Below are positions 19,701 to 27,652 of a stretch of DNA of 64,000 bases, one piece after another (position 1 is the stretch's first letter; each line of letters starts with the position of its first letter). A program made the position numbers and the translations under genes. Under the pieces are notes generated by a model. The model saw only the letters and a list, made by a program, of their open reading frames with translations. It had not been told where the DNA came from and did no database searches. Source of the stretch: an uncultured Gammaproteobacteria bacterium (GTDB lineage: Bacteria > Patescibacteriota > Patescibacteriia > SG8-24); the NCBI GenBank assembly GCA_964486995.1, contig CAZAOV010000001.1, forward strand, positions 15,697 to 79,696, in the 5' to 3' direction.

Positions 19701-20651
19701 TTATCTAACCGGTTCCCCAGCCTCAATCATTTTCTTGGCCCAGGTGATTGTTTCGGGGATTCCTTCGGCTAGCAGAACCCCGGGACGGAAACCGATTTCC
19801 TGCTCGGCCTTAGATGGGTCTAATGAAACATTGCGCTCGTCACCTGGTTTGGCTGGGCCGTATTCTGGTTCCAGCTCTGTACCGACCGCTGACGCCACCG
19901 CATCATATAAATCTTTGACCGACGTTTCGGCGCCGGTGCCGACGTTGAATGCGCCGTCTGGATGTTTTTCTACCCCTTCGACGATCATGCGGGCGATGTC
20001 TTTTACGAAAACGAAATCGCGAGTCTGTTCGCCGGTGCCGTTGACTCGTGGCGCTTCGCCCTGAATCAATTTCTGCGTAAAAATAGAAATCACGCCGGAC
20101 TCACCTTTGATAGTCTGTCGCGGACCGTACACGTTACCAAACCGCAATGCGGTCGCGGCCAGCCCCCGCCGTCCAGCGAGCACCCGCAGATACAATTCAA
20201 ACGCATACTTCGCGATTCCGTACGGCGAGCCCGGCTCGCAGGGCATGTCTTCAGTGATGGGATTGGTCTTGATGGCTGGGCTGTAAACCGCGGCGGACGA
20301 GGCGAACACTATCCCCTTCGCACCTCCGGCAGTAGTTGCGTCAAGTACGTTAAGGCTACCGCCGATATTAATCTCCGAATCGATGCCGGGCTCCTCGTAT
20401 GAACTACGCAAGTCCACATGGGCGGCTAGATGCACTACTGCGACCGGCTTGATTTCTTCGAATAGCGAAATTAGTTCCTTGGAGCGGATATCCATCTCGT
20501 GCAAGGTCGCGTCCGGATGTACATACTGGCGAAAGCCGGTAGTGAAGTCATCAACGATATGGACGTTGTAGCCGCGTTCGACTAGTAAATCAGTTACGTG
20601 CGAACCGATGAAGCCGGCGCCGCCGGTTACGATTGCGTTTTTGGTGGACAT
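19701..20651 (-). CDS. NAD-dependent nucleotide-sugar epimerase/dehydratase (UDP-hexose 4-epimerase-like SDR)
   Basis: [34 protein letters not shown]; YGIAKYAFE (YxxxK). Confidence 0.85.
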   Translation of the reverse strand: MSTKNAIVTGGAGFIGSHVTDLLVERGYNVHIVDDFTTGFRQYVHPDATLHEMDIRSKELISLFEEIKPVAVVHLAAHVDLRSSYEEPGIDSEINIGGSLNVLDATTAGGAKGIVFASSAAVYSPAIKTNPITEDMPCEPGSPYGIAKYAFELYLRVLAGRRGLAATALRFGNVYGPRQTIKGESGVISIFTQKLIQGEAPRVNGTGEQTRDFVFVKDIARMIVEGVEKHPDGAFNVGTGAETSVKDLYDAVASAVGTELEPEYGPAKPGDERNVSLDPSKAEQEIGFRPGVLLAEGIPETITWAKKMIEAGEPVR

Positions 20652-20848
20652 ATATTCGATATTTTCATCCTGAGCGTAGCGTGAGAATCCCGATGTTTTA
20701 TCGTGGGCTTTCTTCTTGCTGCCACGGGATTGCGGCGCTGCACTCGCAATGACGGATTATGTGAGCGAGCTTGCGGAAACAGGGTTATTGGTTGGCTGGT
20801 GCGGTGATGTGGATTCCTGCCTTCGCAGGAATGACATGGTGGGGGGGG

Positions 20849-20858
20849 GGCGACACGG
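20849..20858. repeat. Homopolymeric G10 tract, intergenic
   Basis: tggggggggggcgac, about 150 bp upstream of the plus-strand gene at 21004. Confidence 0.9.
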
Positions 20859-21003
20859 GAGGGCGGAAACACACCTACCGAATCGGGCAGGGGCAAGCCC
20901 TGCGGCTATCATCATGGTAATCGCAATTTGATAATAACACATCCCGCATTGACTGACCGCCGCCAAGCTGATAACTTCATCAAGCAGCAAAACGGAGGAA
21001 AAC

Positions 21004-21477
21004 GTGACTAGTAAGTCCTTTACTCACCCGAAAAGTCCGACGATGTTGGGAGTGACTGGGCCCACTAGCGGTCCGGCCGGAGTGATTAATCCACACGCCC
21101 TGCCTGCACTCAATACCGGGTCGCGCTACGGCGATATCGTCGGGGCCATGATCCTGGTGATGTCCACGGCGCACGGTCAGGGTCGCGCTTGGATGAGTGT
21201 CCCCTATCACATCCTGTATTTTCAATGGATGTATCGTGAACTCGGCATCAAGGTGCATTCGCCCATATCCGGGAAGATTCCTAACGGCAAGGTGGATGCC
21301 GCACGGCTCGACGCGTTTCCAGACCCGGAAAGCGTATCGTTTACCGATGCGCAGGAAACGCTTAACAGCACGGTTCGGCATTTGCTTGCCGAGGGTTTCC
21401 TGACCGGCGTACGCGACGGTGAAGCCGACCATGTCGTTCCAACGGACAAACTGGTCAATGCAATCGTGAAAGACTGA
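21004..21477 (+). CDS. Hypothetical protein
   Basis: GTG start preceded by the RBS ggagga, and a rho-independent terminator immediately downstream. Preferred over the overlapping antisense ORF 20980..21483. Confidence 0.5.
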   Translation: MTSKSFTHPKSPTMLGVTGPTSGPAGVINPHALPALNTGSRYGDIVGAMILVMSTAHGQGRAWMSVPYHILYFQWMYRELGIKVHSPISGKIPNGKVDAARLDAFPDPESVSFTDAQETLNSTVRHLLAEGFLTGVRDGEADHVVPTDKLVNAIVKD

Positions 21478-21483
21478 TAACAA

Positions 21484-21510
21484 AACACGGGATTCGCCCG
21501 TGTTTTTTTG
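21484..21510 (+). terminator. Rho-independent terminator
   Basis: acacgggattcgcccgtgt hairpin followed by ttttttt. Confidence 0.6.
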
Positions 21511-21606
21511 TTGGGGGGTGCTCTGTGTGGGTTTCCGGTGCCCCTTTCCAACTTCCTTGGTTAATAAAATGGAAAGAGGCTTCCTTCTTGGCGGAAGGGG
21601 TCACGT

Positions 21607-22503
21607 TCAAAACAACGACACTAAAAATAAATAGACACGACACCCAAACAACGACGCCAGTAGCCGTACCCAGGTCCCGAGCATACGCGGCTGCACCAGA
21701 ATCGAGGACACAAACCGCTGGCGGGCCTGACGCATGCCACCCGCATTGATACAAAAGCTGCCCTCATGTCGATACCGCAGCGCCAGCGCCCGACGATGCG
21801 CGTCGTACAAATCACGCTGCTTAGCAATCGTCCTGTCACCGGCGGCGATGATGTCTTGACCAGAGACGTTCCGGGTCAGGCTGTTCGCACTGCGCTCGAA
21901 AGAAAACAGAAACTCATCGAGTACCGCTCCGCGCGCGACGCGCAAAATCCGAATCCATAAATCCCAATCCTCGGAACAGATCATATTTTCATCAAACGAC
22001 CCCACCTTTTTCAAAACACTTGTCTGCACTGCAGTGCCGGTCAAAAAACACGGGTTAGAAGAAAGATAAACATCCGGATTATTAATATCGGCCGGCATGT
22101 ACTCGTCGAACTGATTGGTAATTTGCCGGTCTTTTCCGTGCCCCCAGCCGCACACCAAACCGACATCAGAATCAACGAACGACGACGCGGCCCGCTCTAA
22201 AAGCGCCGGCTCCAACCGATCGTCCGAATCTAAAAACACGACGAATTCGCCGCGAGACAACACGATTCCTTTGTTGCGCGCACCGGCCGCGCCGTGATTT
22301 TTCGAAAGCGCCAGCACCTGAATGCGTTCGTCGCCTGCCGCACATTCTTTCGCCACCTTCAGAGTTTCGTCGGTGGACGCGTCATCAACGATAATCAGCT
22401 CCCAATCGCCGTCGGTCTGCGCTAATACGCTCTGAACCGCATTCCGCAAACAGTCAGCGCGGTTATAGGCCGGCACAATAATGGAAAATTTTGGGTTGGC
22501 CAT
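21607..22503 (-). CDS. Family 2 glycosyltransferase (GT2)
   Basis: FSIIVPAYNRADCLRNAVQSVLAQTDGDWELIIVDDASTDET...LDSDD. The called ORF extends to 22590, but the extra 29 aa are Pro-rich and are encoded by an intergenic GC hairpin repeat. The start MANPKF at 22503 is preferred. Confidence 0.8.
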   Translation of the reverse strand: MANPKFSIIVPAYNRADCLRNAVQSVLAQTDGDWELIIVDDASTDETLKVAKECAAGDERIQVLALSKNHGAAGARNKGIVLSRGEFVVFLDSDDRLEPALLERAASSFVDSDVGLVCGWGHGKDRQITNQFDEYMPADINNPDVYLSSNPCFLTGTAVQTSVLKKVGSFDENMICSEDWDLWIRILRVARGAVLDEFLFSFERSANSLTRNVSGQDIIAAGDRTIAKQRDLYDAHRRALALRYRHEGSFCINAGGMRQARQRFVSSILVQPRMLGTWVRLLASLFGCRVYLFLVSLF

Positions 22504-22606
22504 GTGTTCTGATTTAGCAGTGGCTGTGGATGTTTTATTTGATGGCGGTAGCTGCGGGGTTTGGCGGCGTGCCTCTAGGGGCAGGGGCAAGCCCTGCGGC
22601 TACGCA

Positions 22607-23590
22607 TTAGGAAAACAATAACCGGTCTGGATTCGGCTGGCCGTCACGGCCATATAAACCAGCCAACCTGAACTCGGCCAAAATTTCGCGACTGCGGCTA
22701 ATCTGTTCGTCGGATAATTCCTGCTGCCACGTCGTTAGCGGCGACCACTTATCTGCCCCGTCAACTACGGTCGTTCTGCTCTTGCTCTGACGCAATCGTT
22801 CCACCGCCTTTGGGTCAATTTTCGCTCGGTCATGACCGATATAATCATAAATCCGACCGAGCTGTTCCAACGGATAACGAACCACATCCTCATAAAACAG
22901 CGCCAGCAACTCATCTGATTTAAACTGCCGCATGAAAACATAGTTCTCAACAGCCCAAAGAACGACCTTGCGATAAAAATCATCGTTCTTGTATTCGGCG
23001 ATGACACGGTCAAACGGCTGCAGCCAATCTTCGACCAGTTCCGGCTGTTCCAGCGTCGCCAATTCCGGTTCGGGCCGAAACCAATCCTTTCGCTTGTATC
23101 GAGACAACGCCACCGCGAGCGGATTACGGACGATGTAAATCAATTTAACGTCAGCCAGCCGATTCATCGCCCAACGTGCCAGCAGCTGCGCGGTGACGTC
23201 TTTGACGAACAAGCCGCGATGCTTGATGAACAAATCGTCATACGCCGATGCGGCCGTTCCCCAGTCCGGCTGACGACCGACCGGCCGGCCGCTGAACACT
23301 CGCTCAAGGAGTTCGGCTAATCTCGGGCTGTCCGCTCCGGGCCGTACATAGTGCTGCCATATCGAACGGTTGGTTTTTGGATTGAACGGTTCGGTAATCT
23401 CACGATACCGACGGTCCCAATTAATGAGCCGCGGCACCCAAGTCGTACCGCTCCGCGCCGACCCGATGAGCCAGACCCGGTCGTGTTTGTAGTTCCCAAG
23501 CGCGTTATTCAGGTGTATCGTGGCCGGCCACAAAACCCGCCGATGGCATTCGGCGAGCGCGCGACCTAGTTTTTGGTGGGAGTACAGCAT
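22607..23590 (-). CDS. PAPS-dependent sulfotransferase (paralog of 1298..2299)
   Basis: WLIGSARSGTTWVPRLINW and IYIVRNPLAVALSRYKRK. The architecture is collinear with the first sulfotransferase. Confidence 0.75.
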   Translation of the reverse strand: MLYSHQKLGRALAECHRRVLWPATIHLNNALGNYKHDRVWLIGSARSGTTWVPRLINWDRRYREITEPFNPKTNRSIWQHYVRPGADSPRLAELLERVFSGRPVGRQPDWGTAASAYDDLFIKHRGLFVKDVTAQLLARWAMNRLADVKLIYIVRNPLAVALSRYKRKDWFRPEPELATLEQPELVEDWLQPFDRVIAEYKNDDFYRKVVLWAVENYVFMRQFKSDELLALFYEDVVRYPLEQLGRIYDYIGHDRAKIDPKAVERLRQSKSRTTVVDGADKWSPLTTWQQELSDEQISRSREILAEFRLAGLYGRDGQPNPDRLLFS

Positions 23591-23863
23591 GGGGGTAGGT
23601 TAATATATGTTTTAAGTAATTACTAGATTATCGACTGATGATGTCCCGGCACCACCGCGCTCGCATAAAAACTGTCAGACTTATTTTAGGAGAGGGGGCG
23701 ATGGGGCGTTAATAAAGCGGTAGCGACAGAGCTTGTCTCTGCCCATGAAGCACTCGCCTGTCTGAACGGGCAGAGGCGAGCTTTGCCGCCTCACAAATCT
23801 AGATTGACAATTAAGATTGGAAATACTAACCTAAACTGCCGCTTATTTTCAAGGAGAGCCGAG

Positions 23864-24358
23864 ATGAAAACCTATCGCGAAATCGTCGAGACTGTAGCCG
23901 CCGCACTGCTTGGTCGCCTGTTGGATCCGCGGAGATATAATGTCGCCACTCCACAGTCCAGCCCGTGCGAACTTCGTCGCATGGGTCCGAATCCGAATCC
24001 GCTTATCGAATGTGAGGACAATGTCGTCCGATTGCTGTGTGCGGTACTGCTGAATCTCTCCGGAGGCGCCGGCTCGTACACGCACTGGAACGCGGTGTCG
24101 TATCGCTGGCTGCGGTATTCGATGCTGACCCTGCTCGGTGATGGCGGCCGTCGCGGTCGCACGCTGCTCGGTGGATTCGTCACCAAGTGCATCAACTTGG
24201 ACGCCCTGCCGCTCGACAAGCCAAGAGACGGCGGGCGTGGCGATTTCCACTGGGCGCTGGGGCAACTATTGGCGCTGCGCGCGGTCGAAATAATTGAGCA
24301 TGAGGGCGAGGACTATATCTGCCCGACGAGTCGTATCTTGCGGTTCGTGGCGGAGTGA
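23864..24358 (+). CDS. Hypothetical protein, first gene of the radical-SAM module
   Basis: RBS aaggagag 6 nt before the ATG (MKTYREIV...). The antisense ORFs 23849..24265 and 23872..24219 are rejected. It ends 19 nt before the next gene. Confidence 0.5.
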   Translation: MKTYREIVETVAAALLGRLLDPRRYNVATPQSSPCELRRMGPNPNPLIECEDNVVRLLCAVLLNLSGGAGSYTHWNAVSYRWLRYSMLTLLGDGGRRGRTLLGGFVTKCINLDALPLDKPRDGGRGDFHWALGQLLALRAVEIIEHEGEDYICPTSRILRFVAE

Positions 24359-24376
24359 TTTTCTGGAGGAGGATTC

Positions 24377-25306
24377 ATGTCTGTACAATGCATGAGCCTG
24401 GTGATCGGCACGCGCAAGTGTAACGCGCGGTGTCCGTTCTGCGTTTCGCAACAGACCGGTTTTGATAAAATCAGTCGCGGTCGCGAACGCAATATCAATT
24501 TCATCAATCTGGAAGAGGCGTGTGTGATGTGCGGGACTGCAAGTCCGCCCACGCTGCTCATGACCGGAAAGGGCGAGCCCACGCTGTACCCGGACGAAAT
24601 TACGCGATATCTGGAGTGGTTTCGGGAGAAGCCGTTTGCGCCCAAAGAGTTGCAGACCAACGCGCTGGCTATTGGCCGGCTGGCCGAGACTGGTCAAAGC
24701 GGCGTCGACGGGCTGGACGAGGAGACTCTTCGGCACTGGCGGTCGCTGCGGCTCGGTGTGGTGGCACTTTCTACGGTTGGGATTCATGACGCGGCCAACG
24801 CGGCGGTGTATCACCCTGATTATCCGTCGCTCGTGGATACCATCGCGTACCTGCGCGGGTTCGGGTTTACAGTTCGGTTGTGTGTGATGATGATGCGCGG
24901 CGAGGGCTGTGTGGCTGATATCGACGGTTTGGAGGAAGTGGTCGAGTTCTGCCGCGCGCATGACGTGGGTCAGCTCACCGCCCGGCCGATTACCGCGGCC
25001 GACAACGGTGGCGAGTCACGAGCCGCACGGTTCGTACGCGAACACGGTGTGTCGCCCGATGCGCCGCGGGAGCTGTACGAAGCGGTCGAAGCGCGCGCCC
25101 AGGCGCTGTATCCCCTGGCGCACGGCGCGATGGTGTTCGACTGGAACGGTCAAAATGTTTGCTTGTCGAACTGCCTGACCTCGGACATGCAGTCCGCCCC
25201 CGGCGACCACCGCTCGCTGATTTTCTTCAGCAACGGCATGATCACCACCAGCTGGGACCACGCCGAGGCCGCTGCACTGCTGCAGGGCGATCCTAATTAC
25301 GGCTAA
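24377..25306 (+). CDS. Radical SAM enzyme of unassigned subfamily
   Basis: RBS ggaggagg. CxxxCxxC at residues 15 to 22 (GTRKCNARCPFCVSQ), then a GGE-like TGKGEPTLY. 309 aa. No SPASM-type C-terminal Cys cluster recognised. Confidence 0.7.
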   Translation: MSVQCMSLVIGTRKCNARCPFCVSQQTGFDKISRGRERNINFINLEEACVMCGTASPPTLLMTGKGEPTLYPDEITRYLEWFREKPFAPKELQTNALAIGRLAETGQSGVDGLDEETLRHWRSLRLGVVALSTVGIHDAANAAVYHPDYPSLVDTIAYLRGFGFTVRLCVMMMRGEGCVADIDGLEEVVEFCRAHDVGQLTARPITAADNGGESRAARFVREHGVSPDAPRELYEAVEARAQALYPLAHGAMVFDWNGQNVCLSNCLTSDMQSAPGDHRSLIFFSNGMITTSWDHAEAAALLQGDPNYG

Positions 25307-25312
25307 TTCTTT

Positions 25313-25344
25313 AATCGTGGCTAATTTCAGCCACGATTTTTTTA
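25313..25344 (+). terminator. Rho-independent terminator
   Basis: atcgtggctaatttcagccacgat hairpin plus ttttttt, directly after the radical SAM stop. Confidence 0.55.
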
Positions 25345-25382
25345 TCCACAAAATAGGTGCCTGGCACCTATTTTGTGGATAA
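25342..25382. repeat. REP-like palindrome, copy 1
   Basis: ttatccacaaaataggtgcc|tggcacctattttgtggataa, a perfect 41-bp palindrome. Related copies at 27004 and 27653. Confidence 0.85.
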
Positions 25383-25428
25383 TTTAATATGACAGGTCGT
25401 TGGTAATGCACATTATAAAGAGGGTGGT

Positions 25429-26580
25429 ATGCAAATAATTTACGCAGCGCGGGACGCGCCAGAAACAATTACCAAGTCCATCTTTCTCGCCGGGCCGAGC
25501 CCACGAAAAGACGGGCAATACAACTGGCGACCGGATGCAATCAAAATCCTGGAGCAGCTGGGTTTTGATGGCACCGTGTTCATTCCGCTACCCGAAGACG
25601 GCGGCTGGCCACATTCGTACGACGAACAGGTCAACTGGGAAACGCGTCATCTGAATATGGCCGATGTGGTGGTGTTCTGGGTGCCGCGCGACCTTACAGA
25701 TCTGCCGGCCTTCACCACGAACGTGGAGTTCGGCATGTGGTACGACACCGGCAAAGCGGTGCTCGGGTACCCGCCGGACGCCAAAAAGATGAAATACCTC
25801 GACCATCACGCGCGTCGTGTCGGCACTCCGGTATGCGATACGCTCGAAATCACGCTACAGACTGCGGTGGACATGCTCGGGGATGGCGCTGCCCGCACAG
25901 ATGGCGAGCGTTTCGTGCCGCTGCACATCTGGCGGACTCCTCAGTTCCAGCAGTGGTACGCCGCGCAGACCACGGCTGGCAACCGACTCGACGGTGCGGA
26001 AGTGGTTTGGTCGTTTCGGCTGCAGCAAACCGGCAACGTTTTATTCTGGGCACTGCACGTGGACGTTCATATCGCCATTGAAAGTCGCAACAAGACTATC
26101 GAAATCGTTTTGTCGCGACCTGACCTGTCGGTCGTGGTGGCATACTACGACGACGAGGACACCGGCGACACCAAGGTGGTGTTGGTGCGCGAGTTCCGTT
26201 CGCCCGCTTCAACTAAGGATGGTTTCGTGCTGGAACTGCCGGGCGGTTCTAGCAAGAATCCAGAAAAAACACCGGCCGAGATAGCCATCGACGAATTCCA
26301 CGAAGAAACCGGCCTGAAGCTCGACCCAAAATATCTGACACCAGTCGAATCGCGCCAGCTTGCCGCTACCTTGTCGGCGCACCGCGCTCACGTGTTCACC
26401 TACCAACTGGACGACGATGAGTACCAGGCGCTACTCGAACAGACCAACCAAACACACGGTGAGTCGGACGATACCGAACTGACTTACCTAGAAATCCATT
26501 CGCTCGACGACATCCTCTACGGAGATGAAATCGAGCTGGACTGGTCCAATCTAGGAATGCTTTATCTGGCGATCGGCTAA
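25429..26580 (+). CDS. Fusion protein: N-terminal nucleoside 2-deoxyribosyltransferase/DNPH1-like (nucleotide N-glycosidase fold) domain plus C-terminal NUDIX hydrolase domain
   Basis: N-terminus: SIFLAGPSPRKDG...ADVVVFWVP...NVEFGMWYDTGKAVLGY (compare DNPH1/Rcl VYFCGSIRGG...ADVVVAEV...GVGYELGRAVALGK). C-terminus: Nudix box ELPGGSSKNPEKTPAEIAIDEFHEETGLKL. Confidence 0.6.
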   Translation: MQIIYAARDAPETITKSIFLAGPSPRKDGQYNWRPDAIKILEQLGFDGTVFIPLPEDGGWPHSYDEQVNWETRHLNMADVVVFWVPRDLTDLPAFTTNVEFGMWYDTGKAVLGYPPDAKKMKYLDHHARRVGTPVCDTLEITLQTAVDMLGDGAARTDGERFVPLHIWRTPQFQQWYAAQTTAGNRLDGAEVVWSFRLQQTGNVLFWALHVDVHIAIESRNKTIEIVLSRPDLSVVVAYYDDEDTGDTKVVLVREFRSPASTKDGFVLELPGGSSKNPEKTPAEIAIDEFHEETGLKLDPKYLTPVESRQLAATLSAHRAHVFTYQLDDDEYQALLEQTNQTHGESDDTELTYLEIHSLDDILYGDEIELDWSNLGMLYLAIG

Positions 26581-26593
26581 GATAATATAAGAA

Positions 26594-26622
26594 GCCGCCT
26601 CTTTAACGAGGCGGTCTTATTA
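26594..26622 (+). terminator. Rho-independent terminator
   Basis: gccgcctctttaacgaggcggt hairpin followed by a T-rich tail. Confidence 0.5.
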
Positions 26623-26675
26623 TTGACAAATCAATATAATCGACATAAGGTGCACGGCTCAGCAAGGAGGAACAC

Positions 26676-26984
26676 ATGGACAGAGAAGGCTGGGGCTTGA
26701 TTGGTTTGGTTCTTGGCACACTTTTCATCATCGCGGTCATCGCGTTCAGCTGTCTGCGTGGATTTGCGGTGGAGCCGCAAACCGCCATCGAAGCCGCCGA
26801 GACCATAGGATTCACCGATGTCACGGTGACCGACGAGAACTACATGTGTATGGCGTGGCAGGGCTGCGACCGCAACGACGCCGTTGGATTCGAAATGACT
26901 GCCACCAACGCCCAAGGTGAGCGCGTCGATATCATGGTCTGCTGCGGCTGGCCGTTCAAGGGGTGCACCATCCGCACCAACTAA
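26676..26984 (+). CDS. Small membrane-anchored hypothetical protein
   Basis: RBS aaggagga. N-terminal TM helix (GLIGLVLGTLFIIAVIAF). 102 aa. Confidence 0.45.
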   Translation: MDREGWGLIGLVLGTLFIIAVIAFSCLRGFAVEPQTAIEAAETIGFTDVTVTDENYMCMAWQGCDRNDAVGFEMTATNAQGERVDIMVCCGWPFKGCTIRTN

Positions 26985-26998
26985 CTCCCGAGAGCTGC

Positions 26999-27616
26999 TT
27001 ACTTTATCCCCAGAATAGGTGCCTGGCACCTATTCTGGGGATAATTTTTTTCCTTCAAAATTTGGCGGCCAATTTCTATATGTTCAATATAATTTTGCAT
27101 CGCTTCATCCTCATTGTTTCCAAAATGACTCAATATCCAAAACCGATCGAGAAAACCTGGTTCCGGATCAAGTCCAACAATCTCTCTATATGACCCCCAA
27201 GGCCAATCAACCGAATGCTCAACAAAACCGTCTTTCACCGGATTCAGGGCGATATACCGACACACCTCTAAAAAATATCTTTCACTGTCTATGATTTTGC
27301 TATCGTATCTCCGCTGATACACCCTGCCCAAAAAGCCGTATTTCTCATTAAAATATTTTGCATAATCGCCGTTAAGCTTTTGCATACCAATGGACAAATT
27401 GCCTTTAGGCACGTAAAGACCCAAATGATTGTGGTTTCTCATTTGGCAATGCGAAAAACTTTTCCAGTCACAGCCTTCGCACACATCAGCTAGTATCGTA
27501 TTGAAAACGATTCTATCCTGATTATCTAAATAAATATCCCCCTTGCGGTTGCCACGGGTAGTTACATGCACCAACATGCCCTCAAATTGTATTCGCGGTT
27601 TTCTAGGCATCGCCAT
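26999..27616 (-). mobile_element. IS200/IS605-type Y1 (HUH) transposase, probably a REP-associated tyrosine transposase (RAYT)
   Basis: PRKPRIQFEGMLVHVTTRGNRKGDIY...HCQMRNHNHLGLY...RYFLEVCRYIALNPVKDGFV has the Y1_Tnp pattern. The gene is flanked by REP-like palindromes at 27004 and 27653. Its last 14 codons are read through the palindrome. Confidence 0.6.
27004..27044. repeat. REP-like palindrome, copy 2
   Basis: ttatccccagaataggtgcc|tggcacctattctggggataa. Overlaps the 3' end of the RAYT ORF. Confidence 0.85.
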
Positions 27617-27652
27617 TCCTTTACCCCACAGCGATGAAACCGTAAATAGTAC

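Noticed and set aside
23849-25468. Several long minus-strand ORFs in the GC-rich segment (23849..24265, 23872..24219, 24266..24961, 24313..24660, 25016..25468)
   Set aside because: They are antisense to the RBS-supported plus-strand genes (23864..24358, radical SAM, NDT-NUDIX). Their composition is Arg/Pro/Ala-rich, as expected for high-GC antisense frames. 25016..25468 reads through the REP palindrome.
26624-26640. Sigma70-like promoter TTGACA...TATAAT upstream of 26676
   Set aside because: The two hexamers are only 6 bp apart (optimal is 16 to 18), so they cannot function together as a -35/-10 pair. It is possibly only a -10 element.
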